Below are positions 8,898 through 21,120 of a stretch of DNA of 30,618 nucleotides, piece by piece. Numbering within the stretch: position 1 is the stretch's first letter; every line of letters starts with the position of its first letter. The translations under genes and the position numbers were made by a program. The DNA comes from Chloroflexota bacterium (lineage in GTDB: Bacteria > Chloroflexota > UBA11872 > UBA12225), in contig DASTZM010000633.1 in the NCBI GenBank assembly GCA_035764305.1, positions 1 to 30,618 on the forward strand, given 5' to 3'. Under the pieces are notes generated by a model. That model ran no database searches. It had not been told where the DNA came from and worked only from the letters and a program-made list of their open reading frames with translations.

Positions 8898-10154
8898 CTA
8901 CGCTTTAGCCGCCTGCTCTTCTTCCCACCCTGGACGCAGCGGACCGCACACGCGCTCGATCTCGTCCAGGCACTCCTCGAGCAGTGCCACCGCCTTGGGA
9001 TCCAGGTCGCCGCGCTCCATGTCCGCGTGCAGGATGGAGAGCGCTTGCTCGATCGGCATGGCCGGCTTGTAGATCCGCCGCTGGCGCAGGGCGTCGTAGA
9101 TGTCGGCCACCGCCAGCAAACGTCCGCCCAGCGTGATCTCGTCCCCCGACTGGCCAAACGGGTAACCCTTGCCGGACAGCTTCTCGTGGTGCTGCCCGGC
9201 CATGGTGGTGATGTCCTCGTACCCCTCCAGGAACCGGATCTGCTCCAGGATCTCCTTCGTGATCGCGGCGTGGCGCCGGATCTGGGCGAACTCCTCGTCG
9301 TCGAGCTTGCCGTTCTTGTTGAGCACCGCCTCCGGGACGCCGATCTTCCCCACGTCGTGCAGCAGACCGGCGATGCGGATCTTCTCGATCTCGACCGTGG
9401 TCAGCCCCATCCGCTTCGCCAGGATCTCCGCCGACAGCGCGACGCGCTGCGAGTGACCGGCAGTATCGGGATTTCGACGGTCCAGCGTCGTCGCCAGGAC
9501 CTGCACCGTCGAGGTGAACATGTCTTTGGTCTGCTCGACGAGGTAGGCGTTCTGCACCGCAATCGCCGCCGAGGCCGCGATGCTCTCCATGAAGTCCACG
9601 TCTTCGTCGCTAAAGACGGGCCACTCGGTCTCGCCCGCGAGCGGTCGCGTGCCGTCCGCGCGCAGCTTGTTCAGGATCTGGAACACGCCGATAGTCCGCC
9701 CGCCGCCACTCTTCACCGGCATGACCAGCATCGTGCGCGTCAAGTACCCGGTCTGCTGGTCGATCGAGGGGCCAACGCCCTTGGACCAGATCGGGTGGAC
9801 GTAACAGTCGTGCACGTTGAGGATCTCGCCCGTGACCGCCACGTGGCCGGACATTCCCACGCCCATCGGCACGCGAATCTCTTTGATCTCGAGCGCGTTC
9901 GTGGACTTCGTCCACAGCTGGTGGGCGCGCTCATCTACGAGGAAGAAGGTCGTGCGGTCGGCCTGCACCGCAGCGCACGTCTGATCGGCCACCGTCAGCA
10001 GCAGCTGGTCGAGCGTGGGGGCGCTGGCGAAGGAGCGCGTGATCTCCAGCACGGTCTCCTGCTTCGCCAGCTGGCGCTCCAGCTCCGCCAGCCGCCGCTC
10101 CGCGGCAGTGGGAGCATCTAGCACCGGGCTTGCAGGAACGTCCGCCACGATCAT
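8898..10154 (-). CDS. GAF + HD-GYP cyclic dinucleotide phosphodiesterase
   Basis: GAF domain (GMSGHVAVTGEILNV, GVFQILNK). TAGHSQRV, LLHDVGKIG, HHEKLSGKGYP and ADIYDAL motifs intact. Start moved to ATG 10154 because 10181 lies inside the operator. Confidence 0.88.
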   Translation of the reverse strand: MIVADVPASPVLDAPTAAERRLAELERQLAKQETVLEITRSFASAPTLDQLLLTVADQTCAAVQADRTTFFLVDERAHQLWTKSTNALEIKEIRVPMGVGMSGHVAVTGEILNVHDCYVHPIWSKGVGPSIDQQTGYLTRTMLVMPVKSGGGRTIGVFQILNKLRADGTRPLAGETEWPVFSDEDVDFMESIAASAAIAVQNAYLVEQTKDMFTSTVQVLATTLDRRNPDTAGHSQRVALSAEILAKRMGLTTVEIEKIRIAGLLHDVGKIGVPEAVLNKNGKLDDEEFAQIRRHAAITKEILEQIRFLEGYEDITTMAGQHHEKLSGKGYPFGQSGDEITLGGRLLAVADIYDALRQRRIYKPAMPIEQALSILHADMERGDLDPKAVALLEECLDEIERVCGPLRPGWEEEQAAKA

Positions 10155-10164
10155 CGGCACCGCG

Positions 10165-10219
10165 AGGATACGCGCGGGCACATGAACCGCTGGTAAGAGG
10201 TCAATGAAGAGTTGATGAA
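10165..10219 (-). promoter_or_regulatory. HD-GYP promoter: four 11-bp-period repeats and -10 element
   Basis: Minus strand TTCATC, TTCATT, CTTACC, TTCATG (10219-10181), a 10-bp gap, then TATCCT (10170-10165). Confidence 0.72.
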
Positions 10220-10264
10220 GCGGGTGTCAGAGCGGCGATTCCTCGGGTATGCTGCGGCGCAGCC

Positions 10265-11209
10265 ATGGTAGTCGCGGACGCAGCCGCGATTGGTGACATC
10301 ACCGCGCCGCTGGCCCTGGACGCCGCGCTGCTCGCGTCGGTCCCCATCTTCCAAAACCTGTCGCCGCAGGAGCTGGAGCAGCTCGCCGGCGCCAGCCGGC
10401 GGGTTGTGTTTCAGCCCGGGGATGTGCTCGTGCGCAAAGGGGAGCTGGGGGAGGGCGTCTACATCATCCTCGAGGGGCGGGTCGAAGTGCTGGCCAACGA
10501 GGCGGTGGTGTCCTGGCTGATCGCCGGCGACACGGTGGGGGACATGTCGCTGTTCGATGGCCGGCCCCGCTCCGCGACGTGCGTCGCGCTCGCGCCCACG
10601 ACCTGCCTGAGGCTGGACCGCGACGCGTTCCTGAGCGCGGCGCAGCGCAACTGGAGCATGACGCTCAGGCTGTTTTCGGTGCTGGCCGGCCGCATCCGCC
10701 AGGCGGACGAGCTGCTGGCGGACCACGCGCGCGACCCGCTGACCGGCGTCAACAACCGGCGTGCGCTGCTCGACCTCTACCAGCGTGAGGCCAACCGCAC
10801 GCAGCGCGCCGCGCGTCAGGGCTCCGACCACGCTCTCAACCCATTGGCCGTCGTGTTCTGCGACGTGGACAGGTTCAAGAGTATCAACGACACGTACGGG
10901 CACCACGTCGGCGACCAGGTGCTGATCGCCGTAGCGCAACTGCTCACGCAGGCTGGGCGCACGACCGACTTCGTGGCGCGCTACGGCGGCGATGAGTTCG
11001 TCATGCTCCTGCCCGACGCCGGGCAGACCGGGGCCGACGCCGTGATGCGGCGCATCAAGGATCTCGTCGAAACGAACCGGCCGGGTCCCGTCCCGTTCAC
11101 GATCAGCCTCGGCGCGGCGGTGGTCGACCCGCTCAACCCGCCGCCGTATGAAGAAGTGATAGCGGCGGCAGACGCCGAGATGTACCGCGACAAGGCGCGC
11201 ACGCGGTGA
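10265..11209 (+). CDS. cNMP-binding domain + GGDEF diguanylate cyclase
   Basis: cNMP cassette [14 protein letters not shown]; DPLTG; [18 protein letters not shown]; I-site RTTD; intact RYGGDEF. -10-like TATGCT at 10248-10253. Confidence 0.9.
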   Translation: MVVADAAAIGDITAPLALDAALLASVPIFQNLSPQELEQLAGASRRVVFQPGDVLVRKGELGEGVYIILEGRVEVLANEAVVSWLIAGDTVGDMSLFDGRPRSATCVALAPTTCLRLDRDAFLSAAQRNWSMTLRLFSVLAGRIRQADELLADHARDPLTGVNNRRALLDLYQREANRTQRAARQGSDHALNPLAVVFCDVDRFKSINDTYGHHVGDQVLIAVAQLLTQAGRTTDFVARYGGDEFVMLLPDAGQTGADAVMRRIKDLVETNRPGPVPFTISLGAAVVDPLNPPPYEEVIAAADAEMYRDKARTR

Positions 11210-11298
11210 GCACCTCCTTCCCCGCCACCGCGGCGCATGCTGCCCCGCAGCCCGCCTTGGAGCATGTCGCGCAGCCCTCCGTACAGTATGGAGAAGCG

Positions 11299-12006
11299 AT
11301 GAAGACGCGCGTCCTGGTCGTCGAGGATGACCCGAAGGTGCTCAGCGCGCTGCGCCGCGGGCTCGCACTGGAGGGCTATGAGGTCGAGGCGGCGGAGGAT
11401 GGTCCGGCCGCGCTGAAGCTCGCCGCCGAGCGCCCGCCGGACGTCGCGATTCTGGACGTGATGCTCCCCGGCATGAGCGGCTTGGAGGTGTGCGACCGGC
11501 TGCGGCGCGGCGTGCTGCAGAACGGGCAGGGGAGCACGCCCGCCGCGTTTCCGATCCTCCTGCTCACTGCGCGCGACACCGTCCAGGACCGCGTGGCCGG
11601 GCTCGATCGAGGCGCCGACGACTACTTGGTCAAGCCCTTCGCATTCGATGAGCTGCTGGCGCGGCTGCGCGCGCTACTGCGCCGCGCCCACCCCGCGGGC
11701 CGCGACGAGCACCTGCGCTACGCCGACCTGGAGCTCTCCCCCGCCACGCGCGAAGCCTGGCGGAGCGGCGATGCGCTGACGCTGACCGCGCGAGAATTCG
11801 ACCTGCTGGAGTTCTTCCTGCGCTACCCGCGCCGCGTGCTGACTCGCGCGCGCATCCTGGAGCAGGTGTGGGGCTACGACTACCTCGGTGGCTCTAACGT
11901 GATCGACGTGTACGTCCGCGTGCTGCGTGAGAAACTCGAGGTATCGGGCAAGCCCCGACTGATCCAGACCGTGCGCGGCGTCGGCTACGCCCTCCGGGAG
12001 TCCTAG
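11299..12006 (+). CDS. OmpR/PhoB-family response regulator (MprA-like)
   Basis: Receiver domain (VEDD, ILDVMLP, LTAR, KPF) plus winged helix ([36 protein letters not shown]). GGAGA precedes ATG 11299. Confidence 0.92.
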   Translation: MKTRVLVVEDDPKVLSALRRGLALEGYEVEAAEDGPAALKLAAERPPDVAILDVMLPGMSGLEVCDRLRRGVLQNGQGSTPAAFPILLLTARDTVQDRVAGLDRGADDYLVKPFAFDELLARLRALLRRAHPAGRDEHLRYADLELSPATREAWRSGDALTLTAREFDLLEFFLRYPRRVLTRARILEQVWGYDYLGGSNVIDVYVRVLREKLEVSGKPRLIQTVRGVGYALRES

Positions 12007-12047
12007 ACGCTTCACTGCGTCGCGCCGCGCCCCCTATAACGTCGCCC

Positions 12048-13019
12048 ATGCGCAACGCGCGCGCGCGCTACGTCCTCGGCGTCGCCGCCGGCGTGACCAT
12101 CCTCTACACCGCGTTCGTGCTGGCCAACACGGTCCTGGTGGGGCCGGTGAGCGTCGTGCCGCTCCCCTGGCTGTCGGAGTGGCTGTACATGCAGGATGCG
12201 CTGGACATCGTGGCCGCCGCACTGCTGATCGCCACCGGCGCCGCGCTGCTCAACCGCCTCCTTGCGCGTGACGAGGCGCTGCGCCGCGCGACGCTGGAGA
12301 ACGAGGCGCGCATCGAGGCGCAGCGCCGGCTGCTGGCGGACACGTCGCACGAGCTGCGAAACCCGCTCACCGTGCTGCGCGCCAACCTCACGGTGCTGCA
12401 GCGCGAGGACGCCGACCCCCAGCTGCGGATGGAGGCGACGCGCGACGCGGAGGAGGAGGCAGCGCGCCTCGGCCGTCTGGTGGACGACCTGCTGCTGCTC
12501 GCGCGGGGCGAGTCGGGCGAGCAGCTCGTGCGACGTCCGGTGAGACTGGACGAGCTGATGGCGGAGGTGGCCGGAGAGGCGCAGGAGGCTGGCACGGGCC
12601 ACCTGATCCGCGTCGACGCCGCGATCCCGGTGACGATCAGCGCCGACGCGGAGCGGCTGCGCCAGGTCCTGCGGAACGTGCTGGGCAACGCGCTGCGCCA
12701 CACGCCTGCCCAGACGCACGTCTCGCTGTCGCTCGCTCAGCGGCGCGACGAGGTCGAGCTGACCGTAGCCGACGATGGGCCCGGCATCGCGCCGGAGCAT
12801 CTGCCACGCGTGTTCGATCGCTTCTACCGCGTCGACGATTCGCGCACGCGCGCGACGCTGCGCGACGGCGGTTCGGGTGGGGCTGGCCTCGGCTTGGCGA
12901 TCGTGAAGCACGTGGTCGAGGCGCACGGCGGCTCGGTCGAGATCGAGTCGGCTCTCGGGTGGGGCACGCGCGTCGCCATCCGGCTCCCGGTCACACCGCC
13001 GGCCGCGCGCCCGGCCTGA
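12048..13019 (+). CDS. Sensor histidine kinase with two TM helices, short loop and no evident HAMP domain
   Basis: H-box SHELRNPL, N-box NVLGNALRH, G1 DDGPGI, F-box VFDRFYR, G2 GAGLGLAI. Confidence 0.9.
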   Translation: MRNARARYVLGVAAGVTILYTAFVLANTVLVGPVSVVPLPWLSEWLYMQDALDIVAAALLIATGAALLNRLLARDEALRRATLENEARIEAQRRLLADTSHELRNPLTVLRANLTVLQREDADPQLRMEATRDAEEEAARLGRLVDDLLLLARGESGEQLVRRPVRLDELMAEVAGEAQEAGTGHLIRVDAAIPVTISADAERLRQVLRNVLGNALRHTPAQTHVSLSLAQRRDEVELTVADDGPGIAPEHLPRVFDRFYRVDDSRTRATLRDGGSGGAGLGLAIVKHVVEAHGGSVEIESALGWGTRVAIRLPVTPPAARPA

Positions 13020-13025
13020 ATCGTT

Positions 13026-13061
13026 CGCGGGGGCCACATCCTTGAAGGCGTGACCCCCGCG
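13026..13061 (+). terminator. GC-rich hairpin after the histidine kinase
   Basis: CGCGGGGG (13026-13033) pairs with CCCCCGCG (13054-13061), 6 nt after the stop; no U-tract. Confidence 0.35.
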
Positions 13062-13244
13062 GGGGAGTTGAAGGACTATTTACTTGCGGTTGACGGCCCG
13101 ATCCACCGGCCCCGCGGCCGTGTTCGGCCCCGCAGCCCAGAAGCGGCGGTTGGAGCGGTCGATCGGCTGCCGAGTGATCAATACCAGTACGCCACCTCCT
13201 TTCCTTGTCCCGCTCCGAGGGTGCCGCCGGCGGCGGGGGCCGGC

Positions 13245-13262
13245 ATCGGGGAAAACCCCGAT
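13245..13262. promoter_or_regulatory. Palindromic operator ATCGGGG-AAAA-CCCCGAT (distal nifJ site)
   Basis: Perfect 7-4-7 inverted repeat, centred 42 bp upstream of the proximal site. Confidence 0.7.
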
Positions 13263-13286
13263 CCGCTGCCCGCCCGCCGGGTGACC

Positions 13287-13331
13287 CTCAGGGTTTCCCC
13301 TGATGCACGAGCGCCCTGGGTACGTCAAGCT
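13287..13331 (+). promoter_or_regulatory. nifJ promoter: palindromic operator and -10-like element
   Basis: CTCAGGG-TTTC-CCCTGAT (13287-13304), 21 bp, CAAGCT (13326-13331), 6 nt, then ATG 13338. Confidence 0.65.
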
Positions 13332-13337
13332 GCTCGC

Positions 13338-17026
<3,689 letters not shown>

Positions 17027-17030
<4 letters not shown>

Positions 17031-18076
17031 GCGCCGCGGCGGCGATCGCGCCTCGCTCCGCTCCGACGCTTCCACGGACGGTCGCGACACTTCTGCCCGG
17101 CCTTGCCCTGGCGGGAGTCGTCGCGGCGGTCGCCCGCGCCGCCGCGCGGTTCCTGCCGCCCGCGATCAGCGAGGTGCTGGTCGCCGTGCTGCTCGGACTC
17201 ATCGTTGCGAACCTGCTCGTCATTCCGAGCGGCGTCAAGCCGGGCGTGCGCTTCGGCGTGCAGCGCGTGCTCCGTTTCGGGATCATCCTGCTGGGGGCGA
17301 GACTGAGCCTGGTAGACGTCGCGCGCATCGGGTTCGGCTCACTCGGACTCGTCGTGCTCTGCATGACCGTCGCCTTTTCGGTGGCGGCCATCATGGGTCG
17401 GATTCTCCGTCTCCCACCGCGCCTGGCGGTGCTGATCGGTGTTGGCACCGCCGTGTGTGGGAACTCCGCCATCATCGCGACGGCGCCCGTGATCGAGGCC
17501 GAGGAGCGTGAGGTCAGCTTTGCCGTCGGCACTATCACGCTGTTCGGGACACTGGCGGTGTTCCTCTACCCCCTGATCGGCCACGCGCTCGGCCTGACCG
17601 CGCCGCAGTTTGGCGTCTGGAGCGGCGTGGCCGTCAATGACACGAGCCAGGTGATCGCGACGAGCGCCGCGTACGCGCCCGAGGCGCGCGACGTCGCGGC
17701 CGTCGTCAAGCTGGTGCGGAACACGCTGATGGCGCCGCTCCTCCTGCTGATTGCGTGGTGGTGGAACCGGCGCGCCGCGGCGTCCAGCGGCGCGGCGGCG
17801 AAGGGCGCGCGGGGAGCGTTTCCTCTGTTCGTCCTGGGCTTCCTGGGTGTGGCGCTGCTGCGTACGGTGGGGATCATTGACCGTCCCACCGCGGCGCTCA
17901 TCGACGAGGTAGCCAAGCTGTGCATCCTGGTCGCGCTGGCGGGCGTTGGGCTCTCGACGCGCCTGGTCGACATGCGCAAGGTGGGGCTTGTGCCCTTCGC
18001 GCTCGGACTGAGCGTCGCCGCCGCGCTCGCGGGGCTCAGCTTGGGTGTGATTCGGGTCTTCGGCCTCGGCGCCTGA
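17027..18076 (+). CDS. YeiH/YadS-family (putative sulfate exporter) membrane protein
   Basis: LLGLIVAN, GIILLGARL, LIGVGTAVCGNSAI, AVNDTSQV and VKLVRN family motifs. GTGA overlap with the nifJ stop. Confidence 0.85.
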
Positions 18077-18135
18077 TCGAACACGGTCGCTCCGGGCGAC
18101 CAGCGCCCGGGGCAGCGCATACGCCGGCGCCTGCG

Positions 18136-19395
18136 TTAGTCTTCGATCCGCTCCAGGACCATCGACCCGTTCGTGTTGCCGAAGCCGAAGTTGTTCGTCA
18201 TCACGTACCGCAGGGGACGCTCGATCGCGGCGGTGGCGATGTACCGGCGGTGCGGCTCGAGTGTGGGATCCAGCTCCTCGATGTTGATTGACGGCGCGAC
18301 GAAGCCATGCTCGAGCATGAGCAGGCAAAACACCAGTTCGATTCCCCCCGCCGCCCCCAGCGCGTGGCCGATCTGCGACTTTGACGACGAGACGAGATAG
18401 TCACCGTCCCCAAGCTCCTCCACGAGCGAAAGTACCTCCACCGCGTCGCCTGTCGGCGTTGATGTGCCGTGCAGGTTCACGTAGTCGATGACTCCCGGCT
18501 CTAGCCCGCCGCTGCGCAGCGCCGCGCGCACCAGGCGCCGCTGTCCTTCAGAAGATGGCGCCGTCATGTCCCCCGAGCCGTCGGTCGCGCTCCAGTAGCC
18601 CGCCACCCGCGCCAGCGGCCGGGCGCCGCGTCCCAGGGCCCGCTGGGCCGACTCGAGCGCCACTACGCCGGCGCCCCCCGCCGGCACGAAGCCGGCGCGC
18701 GTCCGGTCGAGTGGTCGCGAGGCGCGCTCCGGGCAGTCGTTAGAGTCGGCGCACAGGACGCGCATCGCGTCGAAGGAGTGCGCGCTCGCCCAGCCGTCCT
18801 CGTCTCCCGCACCGCAGAGCACCGTGTCCTGGTAGCCGTGCTTGATCAGCCGGTAGGCGTATCCAATGTTGTGCAAGCCCGTTGCGCACGCGGAGGAGAG
18901 CGCCTCCCCCACACCCCGCGTCTTGAAGTACACCGTTGCGTTCGCGGCGCAGGTCGAGGCCATCGTGCGGTCCACGCCGTGCGACCCGATGCGCCGTGGC
19001 GACCCCTGCTCGATCAGCTTGCGGCCATTTTCGATGATCGTCTCAGCGCTCCCCAATCCGCACCCCAGCACCACGCCGCTCTCGGAACGCTCCAGGTCAG
19101 CCGGCGTCAGCCCCGCCTCACGCACCGCCTGGATCGCCGCGATCGTCGAGTAGAGCGAGGTGCGCGACATCGAGAGCGTCTCCGGCTCGCTTAGGTACTG
19201 GCCGACGTCGAGGTCGCGAACCTTTCCACCCACGTGGCACCGGAAGCCGAGCCGCGCGAAGTCCGGATCCACTGCCAGCCCGCTACGCCCCGCGCGCAAC
19301 GCCGGCAGCGTCTCCGCCACCGAGTTGCCGATAGGCGAGATCACGCCGCGGCCGGTGATCACCACGTCATCAGGGCGTAGTTCGCCTGTCTTCAT
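18136..19395 (-). CDS. fabB: 3-oxoacyl-ACP synthase I (FabB-like KAS I)
   Basis: VVITGRGVISPIG, SSACATG (Cys), NLHGTST (His), KSQIGHALG (His), NNFGFGNTN. MASTCAANATVYFKTRG and FDAMRVL...PERASR are closer to FabB than FabF. ATGA overlap with the upstream gene and GAAGGA RBS. Confidence 0.85.
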   Translation of the reverse strand: MKTGELRPDDVVITGRGVISPIGNSVAETLPALRAGRSGLAVDPDFARLGFRCHVGGKVRDLDVGQYLSEPETLSMSRTSLYSTIAAIQAVREAGLTPADLERSESGVVLGCGLGSAETIIENGRKLIEQGSPRRIGSHGVDRTMASTCAANATVYFKTRGVGEALSSACATGLHNIGYAYRLIKHGYQDTVLCGAGDEDGWASAHSFDAMRVLCADSNDCPERASRPLDRTRAGFVPAGGAGVVALESAQRALGRGARPLARVAGYWSATDGSGDMTAPSSEGQRRLVRAALRSGGLEPGVIDYVNLHGTSTPTGDAVEVLSLVEELGDGDYLVSSSKSQIGHALGAAGGIELVFCLLMLEHGFVAPSINIEELDPTLEPHRRYIATAAIERPLRYVMTNNFGFGNTNGSMVLERIED

Positions 19396-20348
19396 TCGCT
19401 TTCCTTCTGAAAAACGTCGTGCGCCGTGAGCAGCGCGCCGCCCCACGAGAGTCCCGACCCCACCGTCGCTACTACGATCCGCTGCCGCTCCCGGAAGCGC
19501 GGCCCATTCTGCGCCAGCACGGCCGGCGCCCCGGCCGCGCCGCAGTTGCCGTACCGCTCGATCGTGGTCAAGTGCTGCTCGGGGCAGAAGCCCGCGCGCG
19601 CCGCCACCCTCGTCAGGATCCCCAGATTCGCCTGGTGCCCCACGAAGTACGCGACGTCCGCCGGGACCAGACCGCTGCGCCGCAGCGTCTCCTGCACTAC
19701 CTCCACCATCTTCCGGATGGCAAACGCCTGGACGGCGTTGCCGTCTTGCCGGAACGTGCCCCCAACCGGCACTTCCACCGCCGCCGCGTCCGCCGAGCGC
19801 GAGCCGACGAGCGTATCGGTAACTTCCAGACACCGCCCGGCCGGGCGCTCCGCCGTGACGAGACACGCAAACGACGCGTCTCCCCACAGCACGCACGTCG
19901 CGCGGTCGGTGTAATCCGTGACGTGTGTGTAGGCCTCCGGGATCACGAGCAGCACGCGCCGGTGCAATCCCGCCCCCAGCATGCCGCGCAGCGCATGCAG
20001 CGCGAACACAAAGCCGCTGCACGCCGCCCGCACGTCAAAGGCCGGCGCGTCGCCACAACCTACCTGGGCGGCGACCAGGTTCGCCGTCGCGGGGACATGG
20101 TAGTCCGCGATCGAAGGCGCGCACACCACCAGGTCGATCGCCGACCGGTCGTGCCCCTCCAGCGCCATCTCCGCCGCCCGCGCGCCCAGTGCGTGCACCG
20201 GCATGTCCCGCGGGCTGCGACGCCGCTCCCGGATCCCCACCCGCTCGACGATCCACTCGTCACTTGTGTCGACCATCGCCGCCAGCGCGGCGTTCGTCAG
20301 CACCTCCTCCGGGTACCACACCGCCAGCGACGAGAGGAAGATGGCCGT
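19392..20348 (-). CDS. fabH: 3-oxoacyl-ACP synthase III (FabH-like); start codon unresolved
   Basis: VLTNAALAAMVDTSDEWIVERVGIRERR; triad AACSGF, GHQAN, YGNCG; GSGLSWG. No ATG/GTG/TTG at the expected N-terminus: ACG at 20348, first GTG at 20321. Confidence 0.82.
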   Translation of the reverse strand, partial: TAIFLSSLAVWYPEEVLTNAALAAMVDTSDEWIVERVGIRERRRSPRDMPVHALGARAAEMALEGHDRSAIDLVVCAPSIADYHVPATANLVAAQVGCGDAPAFDVRAACSGFVFALHALRGMLGAGLHRRVLLVIPEAYTHVTDYTDRATCVLWGDASFACLVTAERPAGRCLEVTDTLVGSRSADAAAVEVPVGGTFRQDGNAVQAFAIRKMVEVVQETLRRSGLVPADVAYFVGHQANLGILTRVAARAGFCPEQHLTTIERYGNCGAAGAPAVLAQNGPRFRERQRIVVATVGSGLSWGGALLTAHDVFQKESE

Positions 20349-20362
20349 GCCTGGTGCGGTCG

Positions 20363-20617
20363 CTAGCGCTTCGCCGCCAGCTGCTTCGCGTCGATCAGGT
20401 CGGCCGCCGCCCCGACTGTCGTGATCTGCTTCAGCTCCTCGTCGCTGATCGTCAACTGGAACGTGTCCTCCAGATCGAGCACGATGTCGATCAGACTCGC
20501 GCTCGAGACGTCGAGGTCCTCGCGGAAGCGCGTCGCGGGAGTGACGCTCGCCAGTCCCGACTGGTTCTTGGCGAACTTCGCGACGATGCTGGTGACCTGC
20601 TTGATGGTTTCGCTCAT
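20363..20617 (-). CDS. Acyl carrier protein with non-canonical attachment motif
   Basis: 84 aa, acidic. RFREDLDVSSASLIDIVLDLEDTFQLTISDEE aligns with ACP helix II. Strong AAAGGAG RBS. Confidence 0.85.
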   Translation of the reverse strand: MSETIKQVTSIVAKFAKNQSGLASVTPATRFREDLDVSSASLIDIVLDLEDTFQLTISDEELKQITTVGAAADLIDAKQLAAKR

Positions 20618-20659
20618 GGGTTCTTCTCCTTTTGGGTCGTCTGGATCGTGTGGCCCGTG

Positions 20660-20679
20660 CTGAGTGCGAGTGCACTCAG
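20660..20679. other. Intergenic hairpin between fabZ and ACP
   Basis: CTGAGTGC-GAGT-GCACTCAG, a perfect 8-bp stem. Confidence 0.5.
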
Positions 20680-20688
20680 TGCGGTGGT

Positions 20689-21120
20689 TCAGGTGTCCTG
20701 GGCGCCCATGCCACGGATCGTGGCTTCGGCGACGAGCGCACCGGTGGTCGCGTGGTGCAGCGTGGCGGTAGCGTGGATCGCGCGGTGGCGCAGCCACCGC
20801 TTCTCGGCGGTGGCGATCACCTCATCCTCCGGTCCAAGCATCCGGTGGAAGTGGCAGTCCGTCGCCGCCGCGAAGAAGAAGTTTGTCACCGGGATCTTCA
20901 GTTCTCGGGCGTTGTACAGCCCCAGCGCCACCACAAGCTGCCCCATCGTCTCGATCTGGATCACACCCGGCACCACCGGCTTCCCCGGGAAGTGACCCCT
21001 GAAGAAGAACCGATCCGCGCCGTAGCGACAGCGCGCCACCGCTCGCTCGAGTGACAGCTCCTCGATCGCGTCGAGGAAGAGAAACGGCGGGCGGTGCGGC
21101 AGTACCTCACGCGGGTCCAT
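20689..21120 (-). CDS. fabZ: 3-hydroxyacyl-ACP dehydratase, FabZ-like
   Basis: LPHRPPFLFLD, FFRGHFPGKPVVPGVIQIETMGQ (His/Glu dyad). Confidence 0.85.
   Translation of the reverse strand: MDPREVLPHRPPFLFLDAIEELSLERAVARCRYGADRFFFRGHFPGKPVVPGVIQIETMGQLVVALGLYNARELKIPVTNFFFAAATDCHFHRMLGPEDEVIATAEKRWLRHRAIHATATLHHATTGALVAEATIRGMGAQDT

Noticed and set aside
13090-13180. FNR/CRP box upstream of nifJ
   Set aside because: Only isolated half-sites (TTGAC, ATCAA); no TTGAT-N4-ATCAA.
13050-13337. 96-aa N-terminal extension of PFOR
   Set aside because: It contains the terminator-like hairpin, two operators and the -10 element, and has no PFOR similarity.
18085-18101. Bidirectional terminator between yeiH and fabB
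   Set aside because: Only a 6-bp stem (GGTCGC/GCGACC) with no U-tract; too weak in GC-rich DNA.
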